Part shown: positions 26,657 to 40,724 of the stretch, piece after piece
How the letters are laid out: the number at the start of each line of letters is the position of its first letter
Numbering within the stretch: position 1 is the first letter of the stretch
Source: Phyllosticta citribraziliensis
Lineage: Eukaryota
Direction: 5' to 3'
Assembly: GCF_038025025.1 (NCBI RefSeq)
Contig: NW_027117350.1
Coordinates: 62,001 to 126,000, forward strand
Length of the DNA stretch: 64,000 nt
Translations under genes and position numbers: made by a program
The notes under the pieces: model-generated
Told to the model about the DNA's origin: nothing
The model's database searches: none
The model's input: the letters and a program-made list of their open reading frames with translations, nothing else

Positions 26657-26821
26657 TATAACTTATCCTATAGATAGGTATATAAGCTAAATATATCTTA
26701 ATTAGACTAACTACCCTAGCTAGGGCTAGGGGCTAACTATATAGGCTGGGGCCCCTACCTATGCTAGGGCTACTGCCCTAAATACACTAGGTACCAAGTA
26801 AAGATGTATAGATGTATAATA
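26657..26821 (-). repeat. 5' LTR of the 12-kb element (165 bp)
   Basis: Matches 14786-14950. On the minus strand it is followed by aag+tagtagcta (PBS-like TGGTAGCTG after de-RIP). Confidence 0.93.
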
Positions 26822-27689
26822 TAAAGGCTACCTTAGCCTTTATTAAAAAGACTAATATAGCTACTAAATAGTAGTATATTAAAAGAGAACCTACTATATA
26901 GTAGGGTTAAGGAGTTAAGGAGTTATAGATATATATATATATATATATATATATCTCTATATATCTTACTCTCCTACCTGTTAAACCTAACCTTTTTCTT
27001 TATAAACCTTTACTCCTTTAGTTTTTACTTATTTCTACTTATATTACTAGTTTAGTAATTTTCCTATAAGGGCTAGGCCTAAAATGTCTAATTATAACTA
27101 CTTAAAAAATCCCTAAGAAAGACTATAATATATATATATACACTCCTAATATAGTTATAACCTAATAGGATATATAATATATAAGCTATATAGAACTACT
27201 AGAATAGCTATCCTTATCTCTTATAGTCTTAGACTTAACAGGGATATCAAACTAAATAATTAAATAAATCACTTCTCCTTCTAGGCTAACTAGATTGGAC
27301 TAGTATACACGTGAGCGATAGGCGCCGAACGCCGAACACCATGAAATGCCAGCGGCGCGTCGCGCGCAACAACTGTCTTATATATTGTTCAATGAATATA
27401 TATAATATAGATGTTATAAGATACAATATCTACTTTAGAGCATCTTAAGAAGGGAGCTCTTAGCATTGAAAGAGTTCATTCCATACATCATCATAGAAGA
27501 CCGATAACCGGATCGGTGTTGACCGACTTCAAGTCTTCTTCAAGACCAATTTTTCTTTTCTCACCAAAGGACAAAGCGAAGAAGGAATCATATCATGGCA
27601 AGCCCCAAGCCGTAGACACCGAGTTTGCTCCTCTAATTCATGATAACGAACGCAGGAAAGACGGTTCAAAGCACGCTGAAATCCTCCGT

Positions 27690-29858
<2,169 letters not shown>

Positions 29859-30507
29859 TCATGGAACAGCTCGGGCGCGGTCGAAGACGGGCGCGAAGAC
29901 GGACGGCAGGGGCTTGAGGAGCGCGGAGAGGTAGAGGGACTCGAGCGGTGGTGTAACGGTGGAGGGTCGGCGGCGGCGGAAGAGGAAGAGGTGGTGATGG
30001 ATGCGGCGCCTTGGAGTGGGATTGTTGGCGGAGAGGGCCTTGGGTGGTCGTGGGTGTCAGGCCTGTGCCTGTAATGATTGGCGACCTGAGTGGGTGATCG
30101 GAGCGCGGGCGACGGCCGGCGTGTGCGCAGGCACGAACCGACGACGACGACTGAACCCAACGGTCCGCAGCGGTAGCGCCACGCCTGTCAAGAAGGGTAC
30201 CGGGAACCGACAACGACAAGAGGTGTTGCAGACAGGAGCTGGTGGAGTTGGTGGTGGTGGTGGTGGTGGTGTCTCCGTGTGGAATGGACGAGGTGGCGGG
30301 CAGAGCAGCGGTAGGGTACGAGAGGCGGGCTGGCTGGCTGGCTGGCTTGCTTGCTTGCGGGCAATTGAGCGGCAACCAAGACGAAGAAGAGAGGTACCAG
30401 GGAGCGGTTCAAGACAGGTTGACGTCCAGGTCACAGCAGGTTACATGGCAATACATACACACACACACATACATGTGTGTACTAACCACCTCAGCACCGC
30501 GCAGCTA

Positions 30508-30543
30508 GCAGGGCAGGGCAGGGCAGGGCAGGGCAGGGCAGGG
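30508..30543 (+). repeat. (GGGCA)6-GGG pentanucleotide microsatellite
   Basis: Read directly: six perfect GGGCA units at 30511-30540 plus GGG. Confidence 0.9.
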
Positions 30544-30773
30544 TACGGTAGTAGGGCCAGGCCAGGGCTCGCGCGCCATGACATCAGCACCCATCACCTC
30601 CCCTCTCCCGCTGGTCCAGTCTGCTCACCCCCACACTGGCTGACTACATACACTCCAAACCTCCCTATCGTACAGTGCCTACTCCGCTGCGTGACGCTGG
30701 CCAAGACACGTCCCTCCGTCTGTGTTTCAAAACTTTTACGTCACCCCCATTACACTCCCTACATGTACACTCG

Positions 30774-33700
30774 CTACCTGGCAGTAATCACCGACATCCA
30801 CTTTTGCTCGTCCTTGCGGTCAAAGTTGAGCAGCATCCCCAGCACCGGCACCAGCTGCATCTGGTGCTTCTTGTCCTTCTGCTCCAAGAACTGCAGCAGC
30901 ACGTTTTTCAGATACACCACGTCCATGCCCGACTCTGTCGCAATCGAGGGCGATCTTCCTTTGGCCATGATCGGTGATGACACTCTCCCACGCGCCGCCG
31001 ACTCGATTGACGACCGCGAAGACTGCTCTCCCGACTGCGTTGGCGACTTTGCCTTGGCTTGCGCGCCGCGAAGCTCTTCAGCGAGAGACTGCTCTTCGTT
31101 AGCTGGCCATGCCTGCAATCGAGCCTGACGAATTTCTTACCTTGCTTGACTTTTGCAACTTCTCCAGCCGCGTCTGCGCTTCTTCCACTGACCGCCGTAG
31201 CTCCATCTTTTCCCTCTCCAACTCCCTCGTCTGCCTCTCGCCCTCGTCTAGCGCATCTCGCAGCTGATTCATGGCCGACCTGACTTCGGCAACCTCTTCC
31301 CCGGCATGCGCAGCCTTTCGTTCCAGCTCCTCCTTTTGCTTCCTCACTTCACGTTCTTGCGTTGCCAACTTGTCCTTCTCCTCCTGTATTCGGCTCAGTG
31401 ACTTTTCGGCATCTCGCAGCTTTTGCTTGGCGTCTTCCAGCTCCCTTGCGCGCCTGCGGCCAATTGTGTTTGCCTGATCCTCCGCTCGATCTCTCTCTTC
31501 AATGGCTAGGTCCATGCGCTCCCGCATCTCCTTGACCCGCGCCTCCGCTCGGCTCTCCACGTCGGCCAGGAGCCGCCTCATCGTCTCTCCTTCGCGGCTG
31601 CGTTCGCTGAGGAGCCTGTGTGCATCTGCCAGCTCCTCTTCGAGGCTCTCGCATCTTTCCCGCACCTCTTTCATCTGTGTGCCAATCTCCTGAGTTTGGT
31701 CTTGCATGCTGTTCATCAGGCTCTGCGCGCTTGCGTACTGCGCGCTCTTCAACTGGATTTCTTCGCGCAAGGTTGAAACTTCGCGATTCAGCTTTTCGAC
31801 CTGGTGCTCTAGGTCCTTGGCGTTGGCTTGTGACGTCTTCAGCTCCTCTCGGATCCTGGACATGTCCCTGGTTTGTCTTTCTCGTGCCTCGACAGCCTCG
31901 GCGCGCTCGCCTTCTGTCCTCTCTAGATCCCTCTGCGTCTTGCTACACGTCTGGTCCAGTGCCATGTTCTTGCTTTGCTCCTGCTTGAACTTCTCGGACA
32001 GGGTTCTGACCTCACTGTCCTTGGCCGAAATCTCCGACTTGTACGTCGTAATTTCAGAGCGCAGCTCCCGCTCTCTTGCCTCCAGCTTCCGCACTTCGCT
32101 CGCCTTGTTTCCAAGCTCTTCCTTTGTCGATCTCAGTTCGTTCACTTCCTTGCGCAGTGAATTAAGCTCCGGCTGCGCCTTTTGCAGAACCTCTCTCAAT
32201 TCCGACAGGTCCTTGAATCTTTGGGCAGCCAAGTGCTGCGCTGCGCTGAGGTCGGTCTCCAGCGAGTCGGCCTTGCTCTTCAACTTCTCAAAATCCTCTG
32301 CCAGTGCCTGTCGCTCCTTTTCTGACGACATGCTCGAAACATGGCTTGTTTTGAGTGCCGCAATCTCCTTTTCCAGCTTCTCAACCGTGTCTTGCAGAGA
32401 TGACTTTTCAGCCTGCAGCTCCTTCAGCTTCTCTTTCGATTCAACGTGACCCTGGCCGACTTCAACAAGTTCGTGCCTCAACTCATCTAATTCTTCCTGA
32501 AGCGCCTCTTGATCTTTGAGTTTGCTGGACAGCCGCACGACCTCTTCCTCCCTCTCTGTCAAGCTCTTTTGCGTCTCTTCCAGTGTTTCCCTGAGAGCCG
32601 TCTCCAAGTCTTCCCCTCCTTCGGCTTTCTCGTCAGCTGCAGCTACAAGGGTAGATTCAGATGGCGCAGGAGTACTAGATCTCTCTGGCGTTTGGCTCGT
32701 AGCTGCAGCGCCACCAGCGACGCCTTTGCCTCCCTTCTTTTTCTTCTTGTTGTTCTTCTTTTTGGCGGCTCCCGTGCTGGCCGTGGTAGGTGCGGGAATC
32801 TTCTCGCTTGCGGCTGGCGTTTCTTCTGTCTTGGCAGACGTGTTCTTATTGTCAGAAGCTTTTGAAAGTCGGGCGTTTTCATTCTCGGCCTGCTTGAGCT
32901 GAGTTTTCAGCGTCTCCACAAGCCTGTTCAGAGTGTCGGTTCGGGTTTCAGCCTCAGATTGAGACTTGCGTAGGTCAGCAAGTTCACGCTCAAGCGCCCC
33001 CGACTGGTCTTTCAAACGTTCGCTTTCCGCGTGATCATCTGGGCGCAGGGAAGAACTCTTTCGCAATTCCTCGAGCTCTTTGTTAGCAGACTCGATGCGA
33101 GACTTGAAATCAGCATTGGAGGTTTCTAGGGTTCCACGGGCCTTTTCGGCATTTTCTAGCTCCTCGTGGGCGTGCTCCAGTTTCTCCTTCAACTCATTGA
33201 CCCGAGTTTCCATTGATCTTGCCTGTTCAGCCGTGTCTTTCTCGAATCGTTCTTTTGTATCCCGAAGAGATTGCATATCCCGAGTTGAAGTCTCGAGACT
33301 CTGGACGAGCTGTTCTGCTGATTCTTTGGCTGATGAAAGCTCTTTTTTCAATGTTTGATTCTCGGTTTGAAGCGTGGCGACCTGGCCTTCCTTTTCGTGG
33401 AGCTCCTTTTGAATACGAGGGAGCTCGCTGTCATACGAAAAGAACTCTTCGGTTTCGTCCGAGGCACCCTTACCGTCTCTGTGATCCTGGCTTTCTTTAT
33501 CCTTGGCATCCGCGTCGCCTTTCCCAGCAGCTTGTTCAGATGGTGCTGAGGTGCTTCCAGAACGGAGTGTGGATATCTCTTCTTGAGCTTGCGCTGCGCG
33601 TTTCTCTGCATCGTCCAAATTCTGCTTGAGGGAGTCTCGTTCTGCAGATAGTCTTTTCAGTTCGTCCATCACCATGTCGCCCTTGATCTTAATTTGGTCC

Positions 33701-34419
33701 AGATATTCTATTAATGCACCGGGATCATTGACAGACGTCAGAGGAGTGTGCTCTCTTAGAGCAGCCTCAAAAGGTTCGATTGCTGTCACTCGGGCATGTG
33801 CAATTCTGTAAGATCGTAGCAATTCTTCCTAGGTCAGTTCCGCCTGAATGTTCAGGTAGTAGGGAGCCATACCAGAGTACTTGGGCTCCAACTTCTCCAG
33901 CTTCCTCAATCGCATGCGGGTTTCCATCGGCAATTCGGCCGCGGTCGTAGAATCACCGGCCTCCTGCTTTCCATCGGGGCCCTCTTGTTCTCCCATGGCG
34001 ACGTTTCCATTTTCGGTGGGGGCTACTGCCTGGGCAGTCTCGTCCTTCTCATCGGCGGGGTTTGGAGTCGTGCTTCGGCTTAACTCATCCTCGCCAACGA
34101 CGAACTCCGGGTCGAATTCAGCGGGATCTGGGCCTTTGGCGTTGGATTTGTCTCCAAGGTCGGGAGTGCGAGGGCGAGCAGGACGCCTGCCGGGCGAGAG
34201 CGTGCGAGAGTTTGAGCGGCGGATGGAATTCGATCGTCCCGGAGTCTGGGATCTGGATTGTTCTGCGACCTGGCGTTGGCGCGCCTGCTCCTCGGCGATG
34301 CGAGAGTCTATGGCGCCTTTCAGACGCTGGGTCACGGTTAACATGACGCGCGGTGAGTGGACACAAAGCGGGGAGCGTGGGAGAAGTTGACAGAAGAAGA
34401 GAAAGCGTACCTGGAACAT
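30774..34419 (-). CDS. IMH1: GRIP-domain golgin (Imh1-like coiled-coil protein), 4 exons
   Basis: MFQ|RLKGAID N-terminus (intron 34327-34410), ~900 aa of heptad coiled coil, and a C-terminal GRIP motif 'YLKNVLLQFLEQKD...LVPVLGMLLNF'. Confidence 0.88.
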
Positions 34420-34697
34420 GGTAGTAGCCCTTGTATGTCAGGGAGGAGAGTCTACGAGGAGAGACCGAGGGCGAAGATTGGGCGCATTCCGTTGAGTGGG
34501 AAGGAGAGTCGCGCATGCAGGTGTTGGAACTCGAACGACGTAGATCCCGGCGGCAGGCCCCCATCTCGGCCCCGTCTTGGCGCGCTCAGGCACGGGCCCG
34601 CTCTCGGTCCGACGGCTCTGTTGGCGGCAACCACTGGCAGAAAATCTGACCACATTATTCCGTCCACCACGCTCGTTCATCGAACCTCCAGACACAC

Positions 34698-36096
34698 ATG
34701 TCCACCATGGCGTCCGTTCAAATCAACCTCCCGCTCCCCATCCTCCCTGCAGGCTGGGCTGCCGACAAGGACTTCAAGGCCGTCGGCACCCTTGCCGCCG
34801 CCACCCAGCGCAATGTCGAGCCTGTCGGCCCTCACTTCCTGGCCCACGCGCGCAGAAAGCGTCACAAACGCACCTTTTCCGAGGATGACCGCATCCAGGC
34901 TGAGAAGGCCGCCACCAAAGTAGAGGAAGAGGACGATGGCGATATTTCTGAGCCGGAAGACCCCGTCATGTTCCAGCGCGATGCCAAGGACTGGAAGGTG
35001 AGTCTTTGTTCAATCAACATGGTCTGGCACTCTCCTAACTTCAACCCAGAACCAAGACCACTACGCTGTCCTTGGCCTCACCAAGTATCGTTGGAGGGCC
35101 ACTGAGGACCAGGTCAAGCGTGCCCACCGCAAGAAGGTCCTCCGCCACCACCCCGACAAGAAGGCTGCTGCTGGCCAGGCCCAAGACGACAACTTCTTCA
35201 AGTGCATCCAAAAAGCCACCGAGGTCCTGCTCGATCCCATCAAGCGCCGCCAGTTCGACTCGGTCGACGAGGGTGCCGACGTCGAGCCGCCCACTAAGAA
35301 GGAAGCTCAAAAGGGCAACTTCTACAAACTATGGGGCAGAGTCTTTGAGTCAGAGGGTCGCTTCTCCAAGCTTCAACCCGTTCCTCAACTAGGCGACGAG
35401 AAGAGCAGCAAGGAGCACGTGGAAACCTTCTACAACTTCTGGTACAACTTTGACAGCTGGAGGTCGTTTGAATACCAAGACGAGGATGTGCCCGACGACA
35501 CGGAAAGCCGTGACCAGAAGCGTCACATTGAAAAGAAGAACCTCAACGCTCGCAAGAAGAAGAAGACTGAGGACACTGCCCGCCTCCGGAAGCTAGTCGA
35601 CGACTGCCTGGCAACCGACGAGCGCATCAAGAAGTTCCGCCAGGAGGAGCACGCACAGAGGAACAAGAAGCGTTTCGAGAGGGAGGCCGAGGCCAAGCGC
35701 CAGGCCGAAGAAGCACAGAAGAAGAAGGAAGACGAAGCTCGTCAACAGGCCGAGAAGGAGGCCGCGGCCAAGTCTGAGAGAGAGGCGGGCAAGAAGGCCA
35801 AGGAGGCTGCAAAGAATGCCGCGAAGAAGAACAAGCGCGTCATCAGAAGCGCTGTCAAGGACGCCAACTACTTCCACGCCGGCGGGGATGCCCCTGCGTC
35901 CCAGATCGACGCGGTTCTCAACGAGACCGATGTCTTGATCACCAAGCTGGACAATGAAGAGTTGGCCGCCGTGGTTGCCAAGCTGAATGGCAAGAAGGAT
36001 GCCAAGGACATTCAGCAAATCTACACTGAAGAGGTCAAGCGTTTGATCTCGGCTGGCAAGGTCAAGGAGGGCGAGCTCAAGACGCTCGAGGCGTAG
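34698..36096 (+). CDS. ZUO1: Zuotin (ribosome-associated J-protein)
   Basis: VEPVGPHFLAHARR, J-domain 'DHYAVLGL...RHHPDKK', FYNFWYNFDSWRSFEY, and a charged C-terminus. Intron 34998-35049. Confidence 0.96.
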
Positions 36097-36812
36097 AGCA
36101 TTGCGTGGGACAGCGGGCCAAGACGTATCGAAAGCTATGTGTTTTGGAATCGAAGACTTAGAGGTTAAGGATAGAGCAAAAGAGAGTAGAAACAGAGTAT
36201 GGGGTTGATTAGATTGACAGGGAAGGTTCCAATTGAGCACCACTTGTTCAGGTAGAACCGAAGCGTGCCATAGTGACTTTCTGCCTGACGAACGGCGACC
36301 ACGTACATGATGGTTCAAGTGGGATTCTGGTCAACGACTGATACCCAATCGAAGTAACATGCAATGTACGTAGAACGGCTGCGAGGTGGGAGTAGCCCCG
36401 CCCCGGCGAACCCGTTCCGTTGGTTGTTCGGTTGGTTGCATCACCAGCCAAGCCCTCCACTCCCGCCCGCCCGCACGCCTTCTTCTGTTGCCGTATGGGG
36501 AACTCCTCCACCCAACTCCACACTCCAGCCATCTGCTAGCTGCTGCAAACCTGTCGCCGACCAACTCTCGTCTGCAACTCGGCCCACCATCCGCCTTATA
36601 CCCACCGAATTCCCTCGCTCTCACCCCGCTCGATCTTGACCAGGCTTGGACGAGCGCGTGTGACCGTCTCCCCGTCCCGCTGGTTCCATCTGTGCCAGGC
36701 AGCCTCTCTTGTCCTCCGACCCCCGACCTCTCTATCCCACAGCACCACGAGCCGCTGAAGCTCGCGCTACTGGCAAGCGCTCAACTGTCTCTTTGCGACC
36801 TCAGCCGTCGAC

Positions 36813-38355
36813 ATGCCGCATCCTACACCGGGCCAACTAGACGACAGATCGCCGTCGCCATCATCTCCAGTCGATCATGCAGCCGCCCCTGCGGCGCAAG
36901 GCGCAAAGCCTACTCCAGTGCTAGAAGCCGTCAAGGCCCAGGAAGCACACGATATCCGCCGCCCGTCCATACAATTTCTGGCAAACAATGGATTGCCCAA
37001 ACGGAGTGGCAGTCCCAAGGTCAAGCCGGGACGTCGCCTTTCGTCGCCTCCCCCGCCACCGTAAGTGTCGCGATCAGCTATGCTTGTTCAATCATAAGGA
37101 CGTTGGTCTGTTTGAGTAGTTCCAGCACGGCTGCACGGCACATGCCATGAACTCCTATTGCGATTGTGCGGCGGGGCCCAAAGCTAACAGGCTTGACAGT
37201 GTATTCCAACCGCGCGTGTCTTTCGACACTTTTGACAGGCCTGCCGATTTCATCGAGGAAAACTCCTTCACTTTGATCCGAAAGCACAAGGACTACGAAT
37301 ATACCAAGCGGTCGCGCACCTTTCTTTGTGGTCTCGACTCAAACGACTACTCGGAATACGCCCTTGAGTGGCTCATAGATGAGCTCGTGGATGATGGCGA
37401 CGAGATTGTGTGTCTGAGAGTTGTTGAAAAAGATGACAAGGTCGCCGCCGAGAGCAGCGTCGACCATGGCAAATACCGCGAAGAAGCAGAAAAATTGATG
37501 GGGCGGATTCAAAGCAAGAACACTGAAAATAAGGCTATCAACGTAGTCCTCGAATTTTCCGTCGGCAAGGTCAACAAAGTCATTGATGAAATGGTAAGTT
37601 GCTCGAAAGGACCTGTCCACGTGCCAATCTGATTGTCGAGACAGATCAACCTCCACGAGCCTGCAATATTGATCGTGGGCACTCGAGGTCGGAGTCTAGG
37701 CGGTTTCCAAGGTCTCCTTCCCGGATCCGTATCCAAGTACTGTTTGCAACACTCTCCCGTCCCAGTGATCGTTGTCCGTCCGACAAGTAAGAGAGCCAAA
37801 ACGAAGCGCAAGCGCCTACAAGATCCCTCGAGAACTGGCTACCGAGACCTACTCGACAAAAGTGGGGCAGCGGGCGGGCATCTCCTCGACACAGATCACA
37901 GACACAGCCTCATGCTGGACGAGATCCAGCAGGCCGGAAACGAGGACGAGGCGGCTGCAGTGGCAAAGGCAGTTGGCTTCATACCGCCCCCGGATGAAGA
38001 CTTACCACCGAAGACCCCGGACAGTATCAACAGCGGCCTGTTGAGCGGCGAGAACTCTCCTGATGACACGAGAGACATTGGGCCTGTCCTGAAAAGTCCG
38101 GAACTACGAAACCTAGATACGCCAGTTGACAGCGAGGCCAGCGATGACGACGACGATGGCGATGACGAGGAGGGAGGCGTTCGGATGATTCCACCAATGG
38201 ATTCCCCTGCTGAATCGGAAAGCATGTCGCGGGAGAACGAGTCCCCGCGCGATGAAGATGAACATGCGGAGGAGGAAAAAGAAGCCAATGTGGAAATGGA
38301 GGCGATGTCTGACGAGTCTAGCCCCCCCAAAAGCCCCAAAACTTCTGCAGAATAA
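36813..38355 (+). CDS. Universal stress protein (USP) domain protein, 3 exons
   Basis: RTFLCGLDSNDYSEYALEW and LIVGTRGRSLGGFQGLLPGSVSKYCLQHSPVPVIVVR (USP fold). Introns 37061-37199 and 37594-37644. Confidence 0.9.
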
Positions 38356-39057
38356 AACAAACGAGTCGGATCAGACCCAAAATACTACTCCTGAAGCTCG
38401 CGGGTTTTGGCGACTGCGCAGCTCTCACGACTTGACAAATCCCCTGATGACGTGCTATTCCACTTACAATCGTGGCCATGTGTCTCTGCATGCATCGCTG
38501 GCTTGACCATCCAGCTAGTGAAGTACAATTCATTAGAGTGTCAAGGGGAATCGCAACTCATCGGCAAAGCGGCCGCGGGAGGGAGCACCCGTTCAAAGAC
38601 ACCTCCGCTCGACCTTGAAAACTAGGGTAGCTACATGTTGTTCATCACCACAGCTACGCCCGCGGAGCATATACTCGGCATCGAGCACTACCCCTTACTG
38701 CGCTCGAGAGGCAGGGTTAAAGTAGCCAGCACAGAATTCACACTTACTTCTCCATCCACAGCTTGTCAAAAGAATCCCACGAAGCTTCTTTTGCTCTCGA
38801 CGCTTCAATGATGATGATCCGCTCTTTTATCGTGAGGTCCGTTAAGGATTTTCTCTCTTGCTACTAAATACAAGCTGTCGTCAGCTGTTGTGGTTGTAAA
38901 ATAGGTCTCTACTCCTGGACCCCGTAGGAACAGCAGCATCAACGCCACCAAGAGATCTAATTCTAAAAGACAACGATACGACGCCGCATTAACGCCCTCC
39001 CAAAGACCTTTGCTCCTCTCGCACCACGTCCGATGGCGAGTGAAACCCCATGTTTTA

Positions 39058-40724
39058 TTAATTCATTTTCCCCATTTCGACGTCTGCCTCGACGAAATCA
39101 TCATCTTCTCCCCACTCTCCTACACCAACTTTTCTTCCGAGCCAAATCACCATTGACGATATTATAACGGCAGCGAGAAACCACCCCTCAAACCACTTTT
39201 CGACAAAGTGTGGTTCGAGTGGAGCTCCGAGCGCCTCGCTGATGACACCTCGGTACTCAGGCGGCAGATTGCTCCTCAGCAAAAGTGCCGAGCTGATGAC
39301 GTACGTCGCACTGATTTGCGAGATGATGAGCGCAATGTTGGACTGCGCGTGCTGCAATATTGTGGGAGCGAGGCGGCTGAAGATCAAAAAGGTCTGTACT
39401 ACGCTGTTGAAAGAAGCGAGAAGCATGACGCCAGAGAGAAGGAAGGAGATCTGTCGAGACCAGGCCGCGCGATCCAGGGAAGGGTCCCAGTGCTTGGCGA
39501 GCAGAGCGAGGATGTTGTTGACTGGGTCGCTGTTTGAAAAGGTGGTGCTCGGGGACGAAAACCGATGGAAGGTGGTCAATGTTGTGGCGCCGATGCGATA
39601 GAGACAGTAGATGGAGAAGCCGTAGGAAAAGCAATTCAAAAGGCGGCCAAGGGGTGTCTTTGAGCGCAGCTGAGCCTGTCGGCGATTCTGGAGGGCTAGC
39701 AGGGAGGTCGACAATGAAGCAGCCATGGTCTGCAATCCAGAAACTTCAAGTTCGAGACCATTGCGCTCTTGTTGCTCGGCGTTTGTCCGGATCGACCCAA
39801 TGATGCGCGACATGAATCCTTCTGGTGGGTTGTCGGAGATTCTGCGCTGGACTGCGCGCAAACGGCTCTGCTTTGCTTGGAGCATGTCGTGGGTCGCTTC
39901 GAGTCCGGCGTGTTTACGAGCAATATCTGCCTCGGTCACCTTAATTTCGATCAGCATAAATGCTCCTTATTCTTTGGCCGAGTATAACCTACTGTGCGAG
40001 TCTTGATGCCAAAATTTTGCCAGAGTGACGATATGGCGGCGAACCCAGCCAAGCTAGCCATCAAGCTAACGCCAATCACACCGATACGTTCGAGACAGCC
40101 TTCGCTGAAACTGTGTTTGTCCGTATAGCTCTTTTCATGCAGATAGTTTCCAAGCAGGACTTCCCCAACACCCCAAAAGCACAGCAGCCATAGAGCCAGC
40201 CCAATGCCTTCTAGGAGCCACGCAACGCGTATCTTGCTCTTGGCCGAGTCGGTAAACTTCCATCCTCCAGCAGAAATGACCGAATGGATTTCCAGAGCAG
40301 GCGTGACGACAATGAGGAGAAGCAGGAGCAGCGAAAGCGTCACGCGCAGAGCAACGCCGCGGGCGACAGGGTTCACGGAGCCCGAGATTTCGCAGAGGAG
40401 GAGCTCGACCAGCACTGCGCTGAGGGCGATGTTGGACGAGAAGACGAGGCCGGCGAGCCTTGGGACGCACGGCAGAGCGAGTCTCGTCCACTTCTTCCGT
40501 AGCGAATCGCGGAAGGACACCTGGGAGGTTGGCGATCCCAACGATTCATGTTGAAGCTTGGAATGTGGGGTGCGGGAGAGAAGAGGAAAGATGCGGTGCT
40601 GGACGGCGACGGCGACAGCTACGAACGTGGCCAAGAATGGCAAGCAGGAGAAGACGATGGTCGACATTGAGCGGCGCAAGTAGTCCGGGACACAGTCGTC
40701 GCAGTCATGATCGTAAGGGAGCAT
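39058..40724 (-). CDS. GPR89/GPHR Golgi pH regulator-like multi-pass membrane protein
   Basis: LERIGVIGVSLMASLAGFAAI, central coiled loop, SRQISFLLSG, Y..SSALLLRSNLP, WFEGWF. Intron 39940-39992 with an AAG acceptor. Confidence 0.88.

Larger units (their letters stand above)
14786..26821 (-). mobile_element. Full-length 12,036-bp chromodomain-bearing Ty3/gypsy LTR retrotransposon, RIPped
   Basis: Direct 165-bp LTRs (14786-14950, 26657-26821) are flanked by an identical 5-bp TSD TAAAG (14781-14785, 26822-26826). Internal minus-strand gag, PR, RT, integrase GPY and chromodomain motifs are present. Confidence 0.93.
1..27300. repeat. AT-rich, RIP-degenerated transposon block (heterochromatic isochore)
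   Basis: CA, TG and CG dinucleotides are nearly absent and TA is in excess. The ORF track finds one 66-aa ORF in 27 kb. TE protein motifs are recoverable by reversing C>T/G>A. Composition returns to normal abruptly at ~27,300. Confidence 0.95.

Noticed and set aside
1..27300. Telomeric TTAGGG/CCCTAA hits
   Set aside because: Scattered single copies expected from RIP (TAG/CTA enrichment). No tandem array.
30001..31128. 375-aa plus-strand ORF and the many other shadow ORFs overlapping real genes
   Set aside because: Low-complexity translations of SSRs or of antisense strands in GC-rich DNA, with no motifs.
38805..38900. C/D-box snoRNA (ATGATGA at ~38808)
   Set aside because: No CTGA D box at a suitable distance on the same strand and no terminal stem.
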